63,082 nucleotides of DNA from Burkholderiales bacterium (GCA_035574195.1 DATLZE010000170.1:1-63082); one strand, 5' to 3'; shown: positions 27,763-40,300, counted from the stretch's first letter. Program-made: numbers and translations. The notes: generated from the sequence alone by a model not told the origin.

Positions 27763-29721
27763 TCAGGCGGTGAACTGCCTGACCAGGCGTTTCAGCTCGG
27801 CGAGCTCCGCGGGCCCGGCGCCGGCCCCGTAGCGCAGCGCGATGTAGAGCCGGGTGATGGCGTTCACCGCGGCGGACAGATCGGGGCGCAGCCGTTCGAG
27901 CCGGCGCGCGTAGTCGGCGGGCCCCTCGGCGGGGCGGCGCGCGCACCCTCTGCGCTCGAGCTTGGCGCAGAATCTCGCGTAGGCGATCCTCACCGGGTCG
28001 CGCACCCGCGTCCGGATCTGGCGCAGCATCAGCACGGCGAGCCCCGCCATGATGAGGGTCGTGATGCCGAGCAACGCGACCGCCAGCGTCTGCCAGGTCG
28101 CCTCGCTCACGCCCACGCTGGCGAGGAACCGCCGCTGGCGTTCCGGGGTATAACCGAGCACCCACTGGTTCCAGGCGTTCGCCACGAGGTCGAGGGTGAG
28201 CCGCAACTGGCGCAGCAGCTCGAAGTCGCCTCGCACGAGCAGCGGCAAGGGGTCGGTGCGCGGCACCGCCGCCGAAATGCCGGCGTCCACCCGCAGCGGC
28301 GACACCGCCGCAGTGGGATCGATCCGCACCCAGCCCCGGTCGCTCAGCCAAACCTCGGTCCAGGCGTGGGCGTCGGACTGGCGCACGATGATGTAGTTAC
28401 CGAGCTGGTTCACCTCGCCCCCCAGGTAGCCGGTCACGACGCGCGCCGGAATGCCCGCTGCGCGCATCAGGACCACGAACGCCGAGGCGTAGTGCTCGCA
28501 GAAACCCTCGCGCGTGCGGAACAGGAAATCGTCCACCGGATGCTCTCCGAGCAGCGCCGGGGAAAGCGTGTAGAGGAAGTTCTGGGCGCGGAACTGCGCG
28601 AGCACCTGGTTGATGTACTCGCGATCATCCGGGAACCGCTCGCGCAGCGCCCGCGCGTATTCCAGGGTGCGCGGGTTGGACCCGGGCGGCAGTTGCAGCG
28701 CGCGGCGCAGCGCGAGCCGCCGTTCCTGCGCGCCGTGCGCGGAGCCGAGGTACGAGACCATCTCGTAGCGCATGCGCTGGTTCACCGGCTCGAGCGACAG
28801 GACCTGGAAATCCGAGCTCACCAGCGCCCGCGGCGGCGCGGCCGCCGGAAGGTCGAGCGCGAACAGCCAGCGCTTGCCGTGGGGCTCGATCGTGATCTCG
28901 TAGGCCACGCGCTCGCCCGAGAGCTGAGGCGGCTCGGGCGGGGAGTGGAAGAAGCGCGAGGCCGACCAGGTGCGGCCGTCGAAATCCCACATCACCGGAC
29001 CGCGCCAGTAGAGGTGCCGGTGCGCAGGATTGGCCGACTCGAACCGGACGCGGAACGCCACCGCATCCGAGAGGATGAGATTCGAAATGCTGCCCGGCGT
29101 CATCGTGTCGGAGAGCCCGCTCACGCCGGCGTAGGCGTCGTGAGGCAACCCCCACAGCGGTCCCTGGACTCGGGGAAAGAGCAGGAAGAACGCCAGCGTG
29201 AGCGGAGCCGCGTGCGCGAGCATCGAGCCCGCGGCGCGCAACGAGGCCGTGAACGGCGGCTCGGCGCGCCCGTAATGTAGGCTCACCACGGTCGCGGTGA
29301 TGAACCAGGTGCACGCCAGCATGTAGAGCGCGGTGGGGATGCTCTGGGAATAGAAGAAGTTCGTGACGATCAGGAAGTAGCTGAGGAAGGCGAGCAGCAT
29401 CCCGTCGCGCAGCGAGCGCGTCTCGAGCAGCTTCAGCGCGAGCATCACCACGAGCAGCGCGACGCCCGCGTCGCGCCCGAAGAGGGTGCGGTAGTGGAGG
29501 TAGACGCCGACGGTGGCCGCCGCGGCGAGCGGCAGCAGCAGCCAGCGGTTCGGCAGCGCGAGGCGCAGATGACCCAGGTAGGCGCGCCACGCGGCGAGCG
29601 CGGCCGCGAGCGCGCCGATCCACCAGGGCAGGCGCGGGGCGTGGGGCACCGTCACCAGCGCGAGCGAGGCGAGCAGACAGAGCACGTGGCGCAGCGCGAG
29701 CGCCTGTCCCGACTCAGTCAT
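27763..29721 (-). CDS. DUF3488/transglutaminase TgpA-family membrane protein
   Basis: GFCEHYA, RVVTGYLGG, DAHAWTEV triad motifs; N-terminal TM region. Confidence 0.92.
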   Translation of the reverse strand: MTESGQALALRHVLCLLASLALVTVPHAPRLPWWIGALAAALAAWRAYLGHLRLALPNRWLLLPLAAAATVGVYLHYRTLFGRDAGVALLVVMLALKLLETRSLRDGMLLAFLSYFLIVTNFFYSQSIPTALYMLACTWFITATVVSLHYGRAEPPFTASLRAAGSMLAHAAPLTLAFFLLFPRVQGPLWGLPHDAYAGVSGLSDTMTPGSISNLILSDAVAFRVRFESANPAHRHLYWRGPVMWDFDGRTWSASRFFHSPPEPPQLSGERVAYEITIEPHGKRWLFALDLPAAAPPRALVSSDFQVLSLEPVNQRMRYEMVSYLGSAHGAQERRLALRRALQLPPGSNPRTLEYARALRERFPDDREYINQVLAQFRAQNFLYTLSPALLGEHPVDDFLFRTREGFCEHYASAFVVLMRAAGIPARVVTGYLGGEVNQLGNYIIVRQSDAHAWTEVWLSDRGWVRIDPTAAVSPLRVDAGISAAVPRTDPLPLLVRGDFELLRQLRLTLDLVANAWNQWVLGYTPERQRRFLASVGVSEATWQTLAVALLGITTLIMAGLAVLMLRQIRTRVRDPVRIAYARFCAKLERRGCARRPAEGPADYARRLERLRPDLSAAVNAITRLYIALRYGAGAGPAELAELKRLVRQFTA

Positions 29722-30706
29722 GTCCCATGGCCTGGGTTGCGGGCCGCGGAGCCGCGCTCTCGAACAGCGCGAGCGCCTTCAGGCAGCGGTCGCGCTGGGC
29801 ATCCCCCGCGGCGAGCTCCACCGTCTCGCCGGGCAGGCGCATCCCGTAGGCGAGCCCCGCGGCGTGCGCGTCGAGCACCCAGCGCGCAAGATGCGAGAGC
29901 CGCTCCTCCACCCCCATCGCCGGGGGCAGCCGGGCCCAGTCGAGCCACAGCTCGGCCTCGGCCTGTCCCGCGAACTGCTTGGTGAGCAGGCCGGCGTCGC
30001 GCGCTGCGAGCTTCCAGGCGATGTGGCGCGGCGAGTCGCCGACATGGTAGGGCCTGAGCCCCGAGAAATCCTCCTGGCCCTGGCCGCGCTCGATGCCCGT
30101 GCCCGCGCCGCAGGAGGCGGGCGGCAGCGGCAGCCCGGGAGAAGCGGGGCGCGGATAGACGAGACATTGCGTATCGAGCTCGCAATAGGCCCAGGCGTAG
30201 TAGAGGCCGAGCGGGAAACGGGTGAAGAGCGTGATGCGCCCTGGGCGCAGCCATCCGCGGCGCGGGGCGGCGACGCCGACCACGGCCGCCGCCGCCCCGC
30301 GGGCCGGCACGTCCACGTACACCGCCTCTTTGCGGTCGGGCGTGAGGCCGATGGCGTGGCGCTCGGCGGTGCCGGGGTTCTCGAGGTGGATCTCGAAGCG
30401 CGCAATATCGCCGGCGAACACCGGCTGTGCCCTGCCGCCCGCGACCCTCAGGTTGGCGAGGTTGCGAAAGGTGTAGATCATTGCGTTGACGCCCAATGCC
30501 CCGAGCAGGAAGGTGAGCACGAAGCCCAGGCCCAGGCTGTAATTGATCGAGCCGGTGAGCATCAGCAGCAGCACGACCGCGAACGCATAGCCCTGGCGCG
30601 TCGGCAAGATGAACACCCGCCGCTGCACCAGCACGATCGGGCCGCTTTCCGGCCCGCGCCACTGAAACAGCCAGGCGGCGAACCGGTTCTTGAGCGCGGC
30701 GTACAT
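29714..30706 (-). CDS. DUF58 family protein
   Basis: RFPLGL, EDFSGLRPYHVGDSPRHIAWK; start at MYAALKNR. Confidence 0.9.
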   Translation of the reverse strand: MYAALKNRFAAWLFQWRGPESGPIVLVQRRVFILPTRQGYAFAVVLLLMLTGSINYSLGLGFVLTFLLGALGVNAMIYTFRNLANLRVAGGRAQPVFAGDIARFEIHLENPGTAERHAIGLTPDRKEAVYVDVPARGAAAAVVGVAAPRRGWLRPGRITLFTRFPLGLYYAWAYCELDTQCLVYPRPASPGLPLPPASCGAGTGIERGQGQEDFSGLRPYHVGDSPRHIAWKLAARDAGLLTKQFAGQAEAELWLDWARLPPAMGVEERLSHLARWVLDAHAAGLAYGMRLPGETVELAAGDAQRDRCLKALALFESAAPRPATQAMGHD

Positions 30707-30713
30707 TCTTGCG

Positions 30714-30808
30714 ATTACGAGCTTCGAGCTCCGGGCTCGGGATCGAGAGTCCAGGTTCCGCTCGCGCATTCCGCCGACGTTTGGAGCCCGAAGCTCGAAA
30801 CCCGAGCC
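30714..30808. repeat. Heptad-periodic palindromic repeat (family B)
   Basis: ATTACGA GCTTCGA GCTCCGG GCTCGGG ... TTGGAGC CCGAAGC TCGAAAC CCGAGCC. Confidence 0.7.
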
Positions 30809-30818
30809 TGCGCCCCGG

Positions 30819-31775
30819 TCACGGAATGGCGACCTGCTCGATCAACTGATCGGCGATGTCGGCGCCGTTCGCGCGCGTCACCTCGCCGGCGGGAACCAGG
30901 CGGTGGGCGACCACCCCCGGCAGCACCGCCTGGACGTCCTCGGGGACCACGTGATCGCGGCCGTGCATCAGCGCCCAGGCGCGGGAGGCGCGCAGCAGCG
31001 CGAGCGCGGCGCGCGGAGAAAGCCCGTTGACGTAGTCCGCGGTGCGCCGGGTGTGATTGACGATCGCCTGCACGTAGTCGAGCAGGGCCTCCGAGGCGTG
31101 GATCTGCTGCGCGCGCTGCTGCAGTGCGATCAGTTCGGACACCCCCATGCAGGGCCTGAGCTGGGCCAGCAGGTCGCGTCGGTCCTCGCCCTGCAGCAGC
31201 GCGCGCTCGGCCTCGTTGTCGGGGTATCCCAGGTGGATGCGCATCAGGAAGCGGTCGAGCTGCGATTCCGGCAGCGGGAAGGTGCCGACCTGGTAGGAGG
31301 GATTCTGCGTGGCGATGACGAAGAAGGGCTGCGGCAGGCGCCGCGTCTCGCCTTCGGCGGTTACCTGGTGTTCTTCCATCGCCTCGAGCAGCGCGCTCTG
31401 CGCCTTGGGCGTGGCGCGGTTCACCTCGTCGGCCAGCACCACCTGGTTGAAGATCGGTCCGGGATGGAACTGGAAGCCGCCCGTCTCGCGGTTGTAGATC
31501 GACACGCCGATGATGTCGGCGGGCAGCAGGTCGCTCGTGAACTGGATGCGCTGGAAGCCCAGCCCGAGGGAGGCGGCGAGGGCGTGGGCGAGCATGGTCT
31601 TGCCCATGCCCGGGATGTCCTCGATCAGCAGATGGCCGCGCGCGAGCAGGCACGCGACGGCGAGCCGGATCTGGCGTTCCTTGCCGAGAATGATGTTGCC
31701 GACCTGGGCAACGACCCGTTCGAGCGGCTGCGTCATGGGCGCCGGGACGGTGCCATCCTGCAGTGAGTTTGCCAT
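30819..31775 (-). CDS. moxR: MoxR-family AAA ATPase
   Basis: HLLIEDIPGMGKT, RIQFTSDLLPAD, DEVNRA, ATQNP; alternative start 31736. Confidence 0.93.
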   Translation of the reverse strand: MANSLQDGTVPAPMTQPLERVVAQVGNIILGKERQIRLAVACLLARGHLLIEDIPGMGKTMLAHALAASLGLGFQRIQFTSDLLPADIIGVSIYNRETGGFQFHPGPIFNQVVLADEVNRATPKAQSALLEAMEEHQVTAEGETRRLPQPFFVIATQNPSYQVGTFPLPESQLDRFLMRIHLGYPDNEAERALLQGEDRRDLLAQLRPCMGVSELIALQQRAQQIHASEALLDYVQAIVNHTRRTADYVNGLSPRAALALLRASRAWALMHGRDHVVPEDVQAVLPGVVAHRLVPAGEVTRANGADIADQLIEQVAIP

Positions 31776-31808
31776 ATCTCGCGGGTTTCGTCCCGTATAA
31801 TTGCCGCG

Positions 31809-32732
31809 GTGACTCTCGCCATTCTCACCCACGGCGACTGCCTGCTGCACGACATGGGCGCGCACCACCCCGAGTGTCCCGCGCGCCTGACCGCGATCGA
31901 GGACCAGCTGATCGCTTCGCGGCTCGATCCCTGGTTGCTGCGCGTGGAGGCGCCGCTCGCCACTCGCGCCCAGCTCGAGCGGGTGCACGCCCCGGATTAC
32001 ATCACCGCCCTGGAGCGAGCGGCGCCGCGCCGCGGTCTGGTCCACCTCGATCCGGACACCGCGATGTGCCCGCACACGCTCGCCGCCGCGCTGCGCGCGG
32101 CAGGCGCCGCGGCAGCCGCGACCGATCTCGTGATCGCGGGAACCGCCGGCGCGGCCTTCTGCAGCGTGCGCCCTCCCGGGCACCACGCCGAGCGCGCGCG
32201 CGCGATGGGATTCTGCTTCTTCAACAACGTGGCGGTCGCCGCCGCCCATGCGCTCGAGGCGCACGGGCTGGAGCGGGTCGCGATCGTGGATTTCGACGTG
32301 CACCACGGCAACGGCACCGAGGACATCTTCCGCGGCGATCCGCGCGTGATGATGGTGTCCACTTTCCAGCACCCGTTCTATCCTTACAGCGGCCTCGAGG
32401 GCCGGTCCGAGCGCATGGTCAACGTGCCGCTCGCGGCCTACAGCTCCGGAGCGCAGTTTCGCGACGCGGTCGAGCGCCACTGGCTGCCGGCGCTCGAGGC
32501 GTTCGCCCCGCAGATGCTGTTCGTCTCCGCCGGCTTCGACGCGCACCGCGAGGACGACATGGCCATGCTCGCACTGACTGAGGCCGACTACGCCTGGGTG
32601 AGCGCCCGGATCCGGGAAGTGGCGCAGCGTCATGCGCGCGGTCGCATCGTCTCGGTGCTCGAGGGCGGCTACGCCCTGCACGCGCTCGGCCGCAGCGTCG
32701 CGGCCCACATCCGGGAGCTGGGCGGCATCTGA
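31809..32732 (+). CDS. Histone deacetylase family amidohydrolase
   Basis: RPPGHHA, GFCFFNN, DFDVHHGNGT, SAGFD, LEGGY. Confidence 0.93.
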   Translation: MTLAILTHGDCLLHDMGAHHPECPARLTAIEDQLIASRLDPWLLRVEAPLATRAQLERVHAPDYITALERAAPRRGLVHLDPDTAMCPHTLAAALRAAGAAAAATDLVIAGTAGAAFCSVRPPGHHAERARAMGFCFFNNVAVAAAHALEAHGLERVAIVDFDVHHGNGTEDIFRGDPRVMMVSTFQHPFYPYSGLEGRSERMVNVPLAAYSSGAQFRDAVERHWLPALEAFAPQMLFVSAGFDAHREDDMAMLALTEADYAWVSARIREVAQRHARGRIVSVLEGGYALHALGRSVAAHIRELGGI

Positions 32733-32762
32733 ATCGCCCTGCTCGCGACTGGGAGGAAGTTT

Positions 32763-35480
32763 ATGGGCAAGACAGCACAGCGTGGCCTCCGGAGAGCCGC
32801 CGTGCGCAGGCGCACCGGCGAGCTCACGGGGGGCGGGGACGAGCCGTTCTTCCGGCGCCTGTTCGAGGAGAATCCCGTCGCGATGTTGATCCGCGATGCG
32901 GCCCGCGACCGCTGGCTCGAGATCAACCGGGCCGCAGCCGGGCTCTACGGGTACTCCCGCGAGCAGTTCCTCGGCATGAGGAGCCGCGATCTGATCCCCC
33001 TCGAGGAGCGAGCCGCGTGGAACGAGTTCTTCGCTTGCAGGGGATCGCCCGAGGCACTGCGCCGGCGCGGCCGCCACCTCAGGAAGGATGGCGGGACGAT
33101 CGAGGTGGAGGTGGTCTTGCGGGAATACCCGTTCCAGGGCCGGCGCGCCCAGCTACTGGTGGTGAGCGATGTCACCGAGCGCTGGCGCGCCATGCAGGCG
33201 CTCGCCGCGAGCGAACAGCGCTATCGCTATCTCTTCGAGTTCAACCCGACTCCGATGTGGGTGCGCCACCGGGACACTCGCCGCTTCCTCGCGGTGAACG
33301 ACGCGGCGGTCAAGCTCTACGGCTACTCGCGCGAGGAGTTCCTGTCCATGGCGACGGACGAGCTGCGCGCACCCGAGGATCGGGAAGCCTACCGCAGGAT
33401 GGTCGAGAGCCGGGACGAGGGCGCCGATTACATGGCGAACCGCCACCGCCACCGCAAGAAAGACGGGACCTACCTCGAGGTGGAGGTCAATTCGCGGTTC
33501 GTCGAGTTCGACGGCATGCCGGCGCGGCTGGTGATGGTGAACGACGTCACCGAGCGGGTGCGAGCGGAGCAGGCGCTCGCCGAGAGCGAGCAGCGCTACC
33601 GGTATCTCTTCGAGGCCAATCCGGCGCCGATGTGGGTGCGCGACGCCGCAACGGGCGGCTTCCTTGCAGTGAACGACGCGGCGGTCGCGCTCTACGGCTA
33701 CTCGCGCGAGGAGTTCTCGAAGATGGACGGGCTCGGCATCCGGCCGGAGACCGAGCACGACGCCTATCGCGAGTTCATGAGGACGCGCGATCCCCGGGAA
33801 ACCACGGTCCGCCGCTGGCGCCATCGCCGCAAGGACGGCACCGCGATCGAGGTGGAGGTCACCTCGCGCGGCATCGCCTACGAGGGACGTCCGGCGCGGC
33901 TTGCGCTGATCAAGGACGTCACCGAGCAGGTGCGCGCCGAGCAGGCGCTGCGCGAGAGCGAGGAGCGCTTCCGCGCGATCTTCGAGCAGGCCGCGGTGGG
34001 CATGGCCCTGCGCGGCATCGATCCGCGCAATCCGCGCTGGCTGCGCGTCAACCAGAGGCTCGCCGACATCCTCGGCTACACCCGGGAGGAGCTGCTCGAG
34101 CTCACCTCGGTGGACCTCACCCCGCCCGAGGATCACGATCTCGCGATCGAATACAACGAGCAGCTCCTGCGCGGAGAGCTCACGAGCTACACGCGCGAGA
34201 AGCGCTACGTGCGCAAGGACGGCAGCATCATCTGGGCCGAGATCTCGCTCACCGCGGTGCGCGGTCCGGACGGCCGCCCGAGCCATATCATCTCCATCGT
34301 CCAGGATGTGACGGGCCGCAAGCGGGCCGAGGAGGCGCTCGCTCGCGAGCACAACTTGCTGCGCTCCGTGATCGACGCGCTGCCCGACCACGTCTACGTC
34401 AAGGACCGGAATCGCCGCTACGTGCTGATGAACGCGTCGGGATTGCTCGCGCGCGGCCTTCCCGGCGACGAGGATCTGCGCGGCAAAACCGTGTTCGACA
34501 TCCTGCCGCCAGAAGTGGCGGCCCTGTCCGACGCGGAGGACCGCAGAGTGGTCGAGACCGGAGAGCCGATCATCGAGCGCGAGCAGGAGATCGTGCTGCC
34601 CGGGGGCGAGGTCCGCTGGTATCTCACCACCAAGGTGCCGCTGCGCGACGCGGCGGGCGCCATCGCCGGAGTGATCGGAGTGAATCACGACGTGACCGAG
34701 ATCCGCAGGAGCGCCGATACGATACGGCGACTCAACGCCGAGCTCGAGCAGCGGGTCGTCGAGCGCACGCGCCAGCTCGAGGCCGCCAACCGCGAGCTCG
34801 AGTCCTTCGCCTACTCGGTGTCGCACGACCTGCGGGCGCCGCTGCGCAGCATCGCCGGATTCAGCCAGGCGCTGCTGGAGGACTACCGGGAGCGGCTGGA
34901 CGAGACGGGCCTGGATTACCTGCGGCGCGTGCGCAACGCGGCCCAGCGCATGGCTGGGCTGATCGAGGACCTGCTCGCCCTGTCGCGCGTTTCACGAGCG
35001 GAGATGCGCAGCGTTCCCGTCGATCTCAGCGCGATGGCGGCGGAGATCGCCGAGGAGCTGCGGCGCCTGGAACCCGAGCGCAGCATCGCCGTCACGATCG
35101 CGCCGGGGCTCCAGGCGCAGGGCGATCCCAGCCTGCTGCGCGTCGCGCTGCAGAATCTGATGCACAACGCCTGGAAGTTCACTTCGCGGCGCCGCTACGC
35201 GAGCGTCGAGATCGGCGGTATCACGCACCGGGGCCGGCCCGCCTACTACGTGCGCGACAACGGCGCGGGCTTCGACATGGCCTACGCCGGAAAACTCTTC
35301 GGCGCGTTCCAGCGGCTGCACGCCGAGAGCGATTTCCCCGGCACAGGCATCGGGCTCGCGACGGTCCAGCGCGTCATTCACCGCCACGGCGGCGAGGTAT
35401 GGGCGGAGGCCGCAGTGGACCGCGGCGCGACTTTTTTCTTCACCCTGGGCGCGAGCCCGCGGCAGGAGAACCGCTCATGA
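32763..35480 (+). CDS. Multi-PAS sensor histidine kinase
   Basis: Five PAS/PAC units, [11 protein letters not shown]-box, DNGAGF and GTGIGLA ATPase boxes. Confidence 0.93.
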   Translation: MGKTAQRGLRRAAVRRRTGELTGGGDEPFFRRLFEENPVAMLIRDAARDRWLEINRAAAGLYGYSREQFLGMRSRDLIPLEERAAWNEFFACRGSPEALRRRGRHLRKDGGTIEVEVVLREYPFQGRRAQLLVVSDVTERWRAMQALAASEQRYRYLFEFNPTPMWVRHRDTRRFLAVNDAAVKLYGYSREEFLSMATDELRAPEDREAYRRMVESRDEGADYMANRHRHRKKDGTYLEVEVNSRFVEFDGMPARLVMVNDVTERVRAEQALAESEQRYRYLFEANPAPMWVRDAATGGFLAVNDAAVALYGYSREEFSKMDGLGIRPETEHDAYREFMRTRDPRETTVRRWRHRRKDGTAIEVEVTSRGIAYEGRPARLALIKDVTEQVRAEQALRESEERFRAIFEQAAVGMALRGIDPRNPRWLRVNQRLADILGYTREELLELTSVDLTPPEDHDLAIEYNEQLLRGELTSYTREKRYVRKDGSIIWAEISLTAVRGPDGRPSHIISIVQDVTGRKRAEEALAREHNLLRSVIDALPDHVYVKDRNRRYVLMNASGLLARGLPGDEDLRGKTVFDILPPEVAALSDAEDRRVVETGEPIIEREQEIVLPGGEVRWYLTTKVPLRDAAGAIAGVIGVNHDVTEIRRSADTIRRLNAELEQRVVERTRQLEAANRELESFAYSVSHDLRAPLRSIAGFSQALLEDYRERLDETGLDYLRRVRNAAQRMAGLIEDLLALSRVSRAEMRSVPVDLSAMAAEIAEELRRLEPERSIAVTIAPGLQAQGDPSLLRVALQNLMHNAWKFTSRRRYASVEIGGITHRGRPAYYVRDNGAGFDMAYAGKLFGAFQRLHAESDFPGTGIGLATVQRVIHRHGGEVWAEAAVDRGATFFFTLGASPRQENRS

Positions 35481-36598
35481 CCGCTGCGCTGCGCGTGTTG
35501 ATCGTCGAGGACAGCGAGGACGACACGGCGCTCATCCTGCGGGAGCTGCGGCGCGGAGGCTACGCGCCCGAGCACCGGCGCGTGGACAGCGCGGAGTCGC
35601 TGGAGCAGGCGCTCGCCGCGGGCGAGTGGGACGTCGTGATCTCCGATTTCGCGCTGCCCGGCTTCAGCGGGGCTTCCGCGCTCGAGCTCGTCAAGTGGCG
35701 GGGGCTCGACATTCCCTTCATCATCGTCTCGGGCGTGATCGGCGAGGAGACCGCGGTCGCGGCGATGAAGGCCGGAGCCCACGACTATGTCATGAAATCC
35801 TCGCTCGGCCGCCTGGTTCCGGCGGTGCGCCGCGAGATCCAGGAGGCGGAGGTGCGCCGCGCCAAGCGCCGCTCGGAGCAGGCGCTGCGCGAGGCGCACG
35901 GCCGCCTGCGGGCGCTCTCGAGCCGCATGATGAGGATCCAGGAGAACGAGCGCCGCACCATCGCCCGCGAGCTGCACGACGAGATCGGCCAGGCCCTGAC
36001 CGCGGTCAAGATCAGCTTGCAGTCGCTGCTGCTCGAGGCCGGCTCCGCAGGCAGCGCGCGCCGGATCGAAGAGGGGCTGCGCATCGTGGACCGCGCCCTC
36101 GAGCAGGTGCGCAGCCTCTCGCTCGATCTGCGCCCCTCCCAGCTCGACGACTTGGGGCTCACCGCGGCGCTGCGCTGGTACCTCGACCGCCAGTCGCGGC
36201 TCGCCGGATTCGAGGTCCGATTCGGCGCCGACCCCTTGCCCGGGCGGCTGCACCCCGAAATCGAGACCACGTGCTTCCGGATCGCCCAGGAGGCGCTGAC
36301 CAACGTGCTGCGCCACGCCGGCGCGCGGCGCGTGAGCGTCGAGCTGCGGCGCCGCGACGCGGAGCTCGAGCTCGCGGTCGAGGACGACGGCAGGGGCTTC
36401 GATGTGGCCGCCGCCCGCTGGCGCGCGGCGCGCGGCGCGAGCCTCGGGCTCGCCAGCATGGAGGAGCGCGCGGCGCTCGCGGGCGGGCGCCTCGAGCTCG
36501 CCTCGGCGCCAGGGGAGGGCACGAAAGTGCGCGTGCGCCTGCCGCTCGCTCCCGATCTCGACGAGCCCGGGGGGCGCAATGGAGGGGAGGGAGCGTGA
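35477..36598 (+). CDS. Receiver + HisKA_3 + HATPase hybrid kinase
   Basis: [39 protein letters not shown]. Confidence 0.9.
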   Translation: MTAALRVLIVEDSEDDTALILRELRRGGYAPEHRRVDSAESLEQALAAGEWDVVISDFALPGFSGASALELVKWRGLDIPFIIVSGVIGEETAVAAMKAGAHDYVMKSSLGRLVPAVRREIQEAEVRRAKRRSEQALREAHGRLRALSSRMMRIQENERRTIARELHDEIGQALTAVKISLQSLLLEAGSAGSARRIEEGLRIVDRALEQVRSLSLDLRPSQLDDLGLTAALRWYLDRQSRLAGFEVRFGADPLPGRLHPEIETTCFRIAQEALTNVLRHAGARRVSVELRRRDAELELAVEDDGRGFDVAAARWRAARGASLGLASMEERAALAGGRLELASAPGEGTKVRVRLPLAPDLDEPGGRNGGEGA

Positions 36599-37248
36599 GC
36601 CGGCTGCGCGTCATTCTGGCCGACGACCACACGCTGGTGCGCGCGGGATTGCGTTCCCTGCTCGGCCAGCTGCCCGAGGTCGAGGTCGTGGCCGAGACGG
36701 GCGACGGGCGCGAGGTGCTGGCGCTCGTGCCGCGGCACCGGCCGGACATCGTGCTGATGGACATCACCATGCCGGGCATGAACGGGCTCGAGGCGACGGC
36801 CCACCTCAGGAAGGATCATCCCGGGGTGAAGGTCGTCATCCTCTCGATGCACGCGAGCGAGGAATACGTGCTGCAGGCGCTGCGCGCCGGCGCGGCAGGC
36901 TACCTCCTCAAGGATTCGGCCACCCTCGAGCTCGCGCTCGCGCTGCAGGCGGTCGCCCGCGGCGAGACTTATCTCAGCCCGCCGATCTCGCGGCAGGTGG
37001 TGGAGAATTACATGCGGCGCGTGGGCGAGGACGTGCGGCCGCTCGCCGCCCTCACCGCGCGCCAGCGCGAGATCCTGCAGCTGATCGCCGAGGGCGCCAG
37101 CACCAAGGACATCGCGCGCCGGCTCGAGCTGAGCGTCAAGACCGTCGAGTCTCACCGCGCCCAGCTGATGGAGCGGCTCGGCATCCACGACGTCGCCGGG
37201 CTGGTGCGCTTCGCCATCCGCCACGGGCTGGTCAGCCCCGAAAAATAG
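36595..37248 (+). CDS. NarL/LuxR-family response regulator
   Basis: VILADDH, LMDITMP, LTARQREIL...SVKTVESHR. Confidence 0.93.
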   Translation: MSRLRVILADDHTLVRAGLRSLLGQLPEVEVVAETGDGREVLALVPRHRPDIVLMDITMPGMNGLEATAHLRKDHPGVKVVILSMHASEEYVLQALRAGAAGYLLKDSATLELALALQAVARGETYLSPPISRQVVENYMRRVGEDVRPLAALTARQREILQLIAEGASTKDIARRLELSVKTVESHRAQLMERLGIHDVAGLVRFAIRHGLVSPEK

Positions 37249-37282
37249 GGGATTTCCCGGGCGAAACTCGGGGAATCCCCGA
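37246..37282. promoter_or_regulatory. Tandem 15-bp palindromic boxes (candidate NarL-type binding sites)
   Basis: TAGGGGATTTCCCGG (37246) and TCGGGGAATCCCCGA (37268), 22 bp apart. Confidence 0.5.
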
Positions 37283-37320
37283 TTTGCCCCTCGCCACCGG
37301 CGGCCTAGGATAGGGCCGCC

Positions 37321-40300
37321 ATGGGGAACATCTCTCCGGGACTGAGCGCGGTCATCGTCCTCAACGTCCTGCTGCTCGAGGACCAGGACGAGGACGCCTT
37401 GCTGGTGGAGCGGGCGCTCCGCGGCACGGGTTGCGCCTATACGCTCAAGCGCGCGCGCAATCGGGCCGAATTCGTCGCGCAGCTCGATCCCGCGCTCGAC
37501 CTCGTGCTTTCGGATTTCCACCTGCCCGATTTCGACGCCCTCGGCGCGCTCGACCACCTGAAGGAGCGCGGTCTCGACATCCCCCTGATCTTGGTGTCGG
37601 GGGAGGCGCGCGAGGAGGAGGTGCTCGCGGCCGTGCGGCGCGGCGCCGCGGACTTCCTGTCCAAGGACCGGCTGGTGAGGCTCGGCGCGGTGATCCGCTC
37701 CGTGCTCGAGCAGCGCGCGCTGCGCCAGCAGGCGCGCGAAGTCCAGCTCGCGCTGGAGCGCAGCCGCGAGGAGCTCGACTTCGCCTTCGAGAACGCCGCG
37801 ATCGGCATCGCGCTCACCACGCTCGACGGGCGCTGGCTGCGGGTCAATCCCGCCCTCGCGCGGCTGATCGGCTATACCGAGGCGGAACTGCTCGCGACCG
37901 ATTGCCGCAGCGTGACCCATCCCGACGACGCGCCGCGCGACATCGAGCTGCTCGAGAAGCTCGTCGCGGGTGAGCTGGGCACTGCCCAGCACGAGAAGCG
38001 CTACATCCACAAGCTCGGGCACGCGGTCTGGACGCAAGTGACGGCCTCGCTGGTGCGCGACCACGAAGGCCGGCCGCGCCATTGCATGCTGCAAGTCCTC
38101 GATACGACCCGGCGCAAGCAGGTCGAGGAGCGGCTGCAGGCCCTGTTCGAACAGGCGGCGGTCGGCATCGCCCACACCACGCTCGAGGGCACGATCCTCG
38201 AGGCGAACCGCAAGCTCGCCGAAATCCTCGGCTATTCCGCGCAGGCGCTGCGCGGGATGACCACGCGCGAGCTCACCCATCCCGAGGACCGCGACCGGCA
38301 GGACGCCCTGCGGCTGGAGCTCATCTCCGGCGCGCGCCGCTCGTTCGGCGGCGAGAAGCGCTGCGTGCGTGCCGACGGGCGCGTGATCTGGGTCCACCGC
38401 ACCGTGACCCTCGCCCGCCCGGCGGCGGGAGGCGCCCCCTATCTCGTCCAGGTATTCGAGGATATCACCGAGCGCAAGCTCGCCGAGCTGGCGCTGCACG
38501 ATTCCGAGCGGCGTTACGCGGAGCTGGTGGATTCCGTCGAGGGCATCGTCTGGGAGGCCGACCCGCGGACACTCCAGTTCACGTTCGTGAGCCGCCGGGC
38601 CGAGCGCCTGCTCGGCTACCCGCTCGAGCGCTGGCTGAAGGAGCCGGCGTTCTGGCGCGACCACCTCCATCCCGACGACCGCGAATGGGCCCTCGCCTAC
38701 TGCGTGAAGGCGACCGCCGAGGGGCGCCCGCACGATTTCGAGTACCGGATGATCGCCGCAGACGGCCGGGTCGTGTGGCTGCGCGACATCGTGAACGTGA
38801 CCGTCGAGGGCGGCCGGCCGGTGCGCACGCAGGGCGTGATGGTGGACATCACCGCAGCCAAGCTGGCCGAGGAGCGCCTGCAGCGCGTGAACCGCGCGCG
38901 CCGGGTGCTCGCCGAATGCAGCCACGCGCTCGTCTACGCGACCTCGGAGCGGGAGCTGCTGCAGGCGATGTGCCGCATCGTGGTCGAATCCGGCGGCTAC
39001 GTGCAGGCGTGGATCGGGCTCGCGCAGGACGACGAGCGCAAATCGGTGCTGCCCGCGGCCAGCGCCGGTTTCGAGGAAGGCTACCTCGAGAAGAAGTCCG
39101 TGACCTGGGCGGGCGGCGAGGAGAACCCGCACACGATGGGGCGGGTGATCGCGACCGGCAGGCGCTACATTTCGCAGAACATCTTCACCGACCCGCCCTC
39201 GCTCCACCTGGTGGAGCGAGGGCGCCTGCGCGGCTTCCAGTCCCTGATCGGCTTGCCGCTCCACGTGGGGGGGCGCTGTATCGGCGGCTTCGCCATCTGC
39301 GCGCGCGAGCCGGACGCGTTCGGAGAGGAGGAGGTCGCGCTGCTCGAGACGCTGGCCCAGGACCTGTCCTACGGCATCGCCTCGCTGCGCGCCGAGGCGG
39401 CCCGCCGGGCGGCCGAGGAGAAGGTGCGGCGCCTGGCCCGGGCCCGCAAGGTGATGGCGGAGTGCAACCACGTCCAGATGCACGCCACCGACGAGACCGA
39501 GATGCTCGAGCGCATGTGCCGCATATTGGTCGAATCCGGCGGCTACAAGATGGCGTGGGTGGGGCTGCCCACCGGCGACTCCGCCCGGCCGATCCGCCCG
39601 GTCGCCCACGCCGGCTACGGGGACGACGCGCCGATGACGGGGCCGGTCGCATGGGACGAGGCGGGCCGCTACCGCGGCTTCATGCACGAAGTGATCACGA
39701 CCGGCGTCCCGCACATCGCGCGCGACATCCTGAACGACCCCGCGCACGCGCGGCGCCGCGCGCGCGCGCTGCAGCACGGCTTCCAGTCCTCGATCGCGCT
39801 GCCGCTCGAAAGCGGCGGGGCGATTCTCGGGGCGATCGCGGTCTACGCGCGCGAGCCCGACGCGTTCGACGAGGAGGAGATCGCGCTGCTCACCGAGCTG
39901 GCGGGCGACGTCGCGTTCGGGCTGTCGAGCCTGCGCGAGCGCGCCGCACGGCGCGCGGCCGAGGCCTCGCTGCACGAGAGCGAGCAGCGCTTTCGCGAGA
40001 TCTTCGAGCAGGCCGCGGTCGGTCTCACGCGGGTGGACCTCGACGGCGTGCTGGTCGAGGTCAACCAGAAGTTCTGCGACCTGCTGGGCTACACCCGCGA
40101 GGAGCTGCTGGGCAAGACAATCAAGGACATCACCCATCCCGAGGATTACGGCAAGGGCGCCCGCTACCGGGAGGGGCTGGCGCAGGGCCCGGCGCAGCCG
40201 GAATCGGGCGAGAAGCGGTTCATTCGCAAGGACGGCACCGCTGTCTGGGTGCGGCGCACCCTGTCCGCCGCCTGCGACGAGTCCGGCAGGCCGAAGTACG

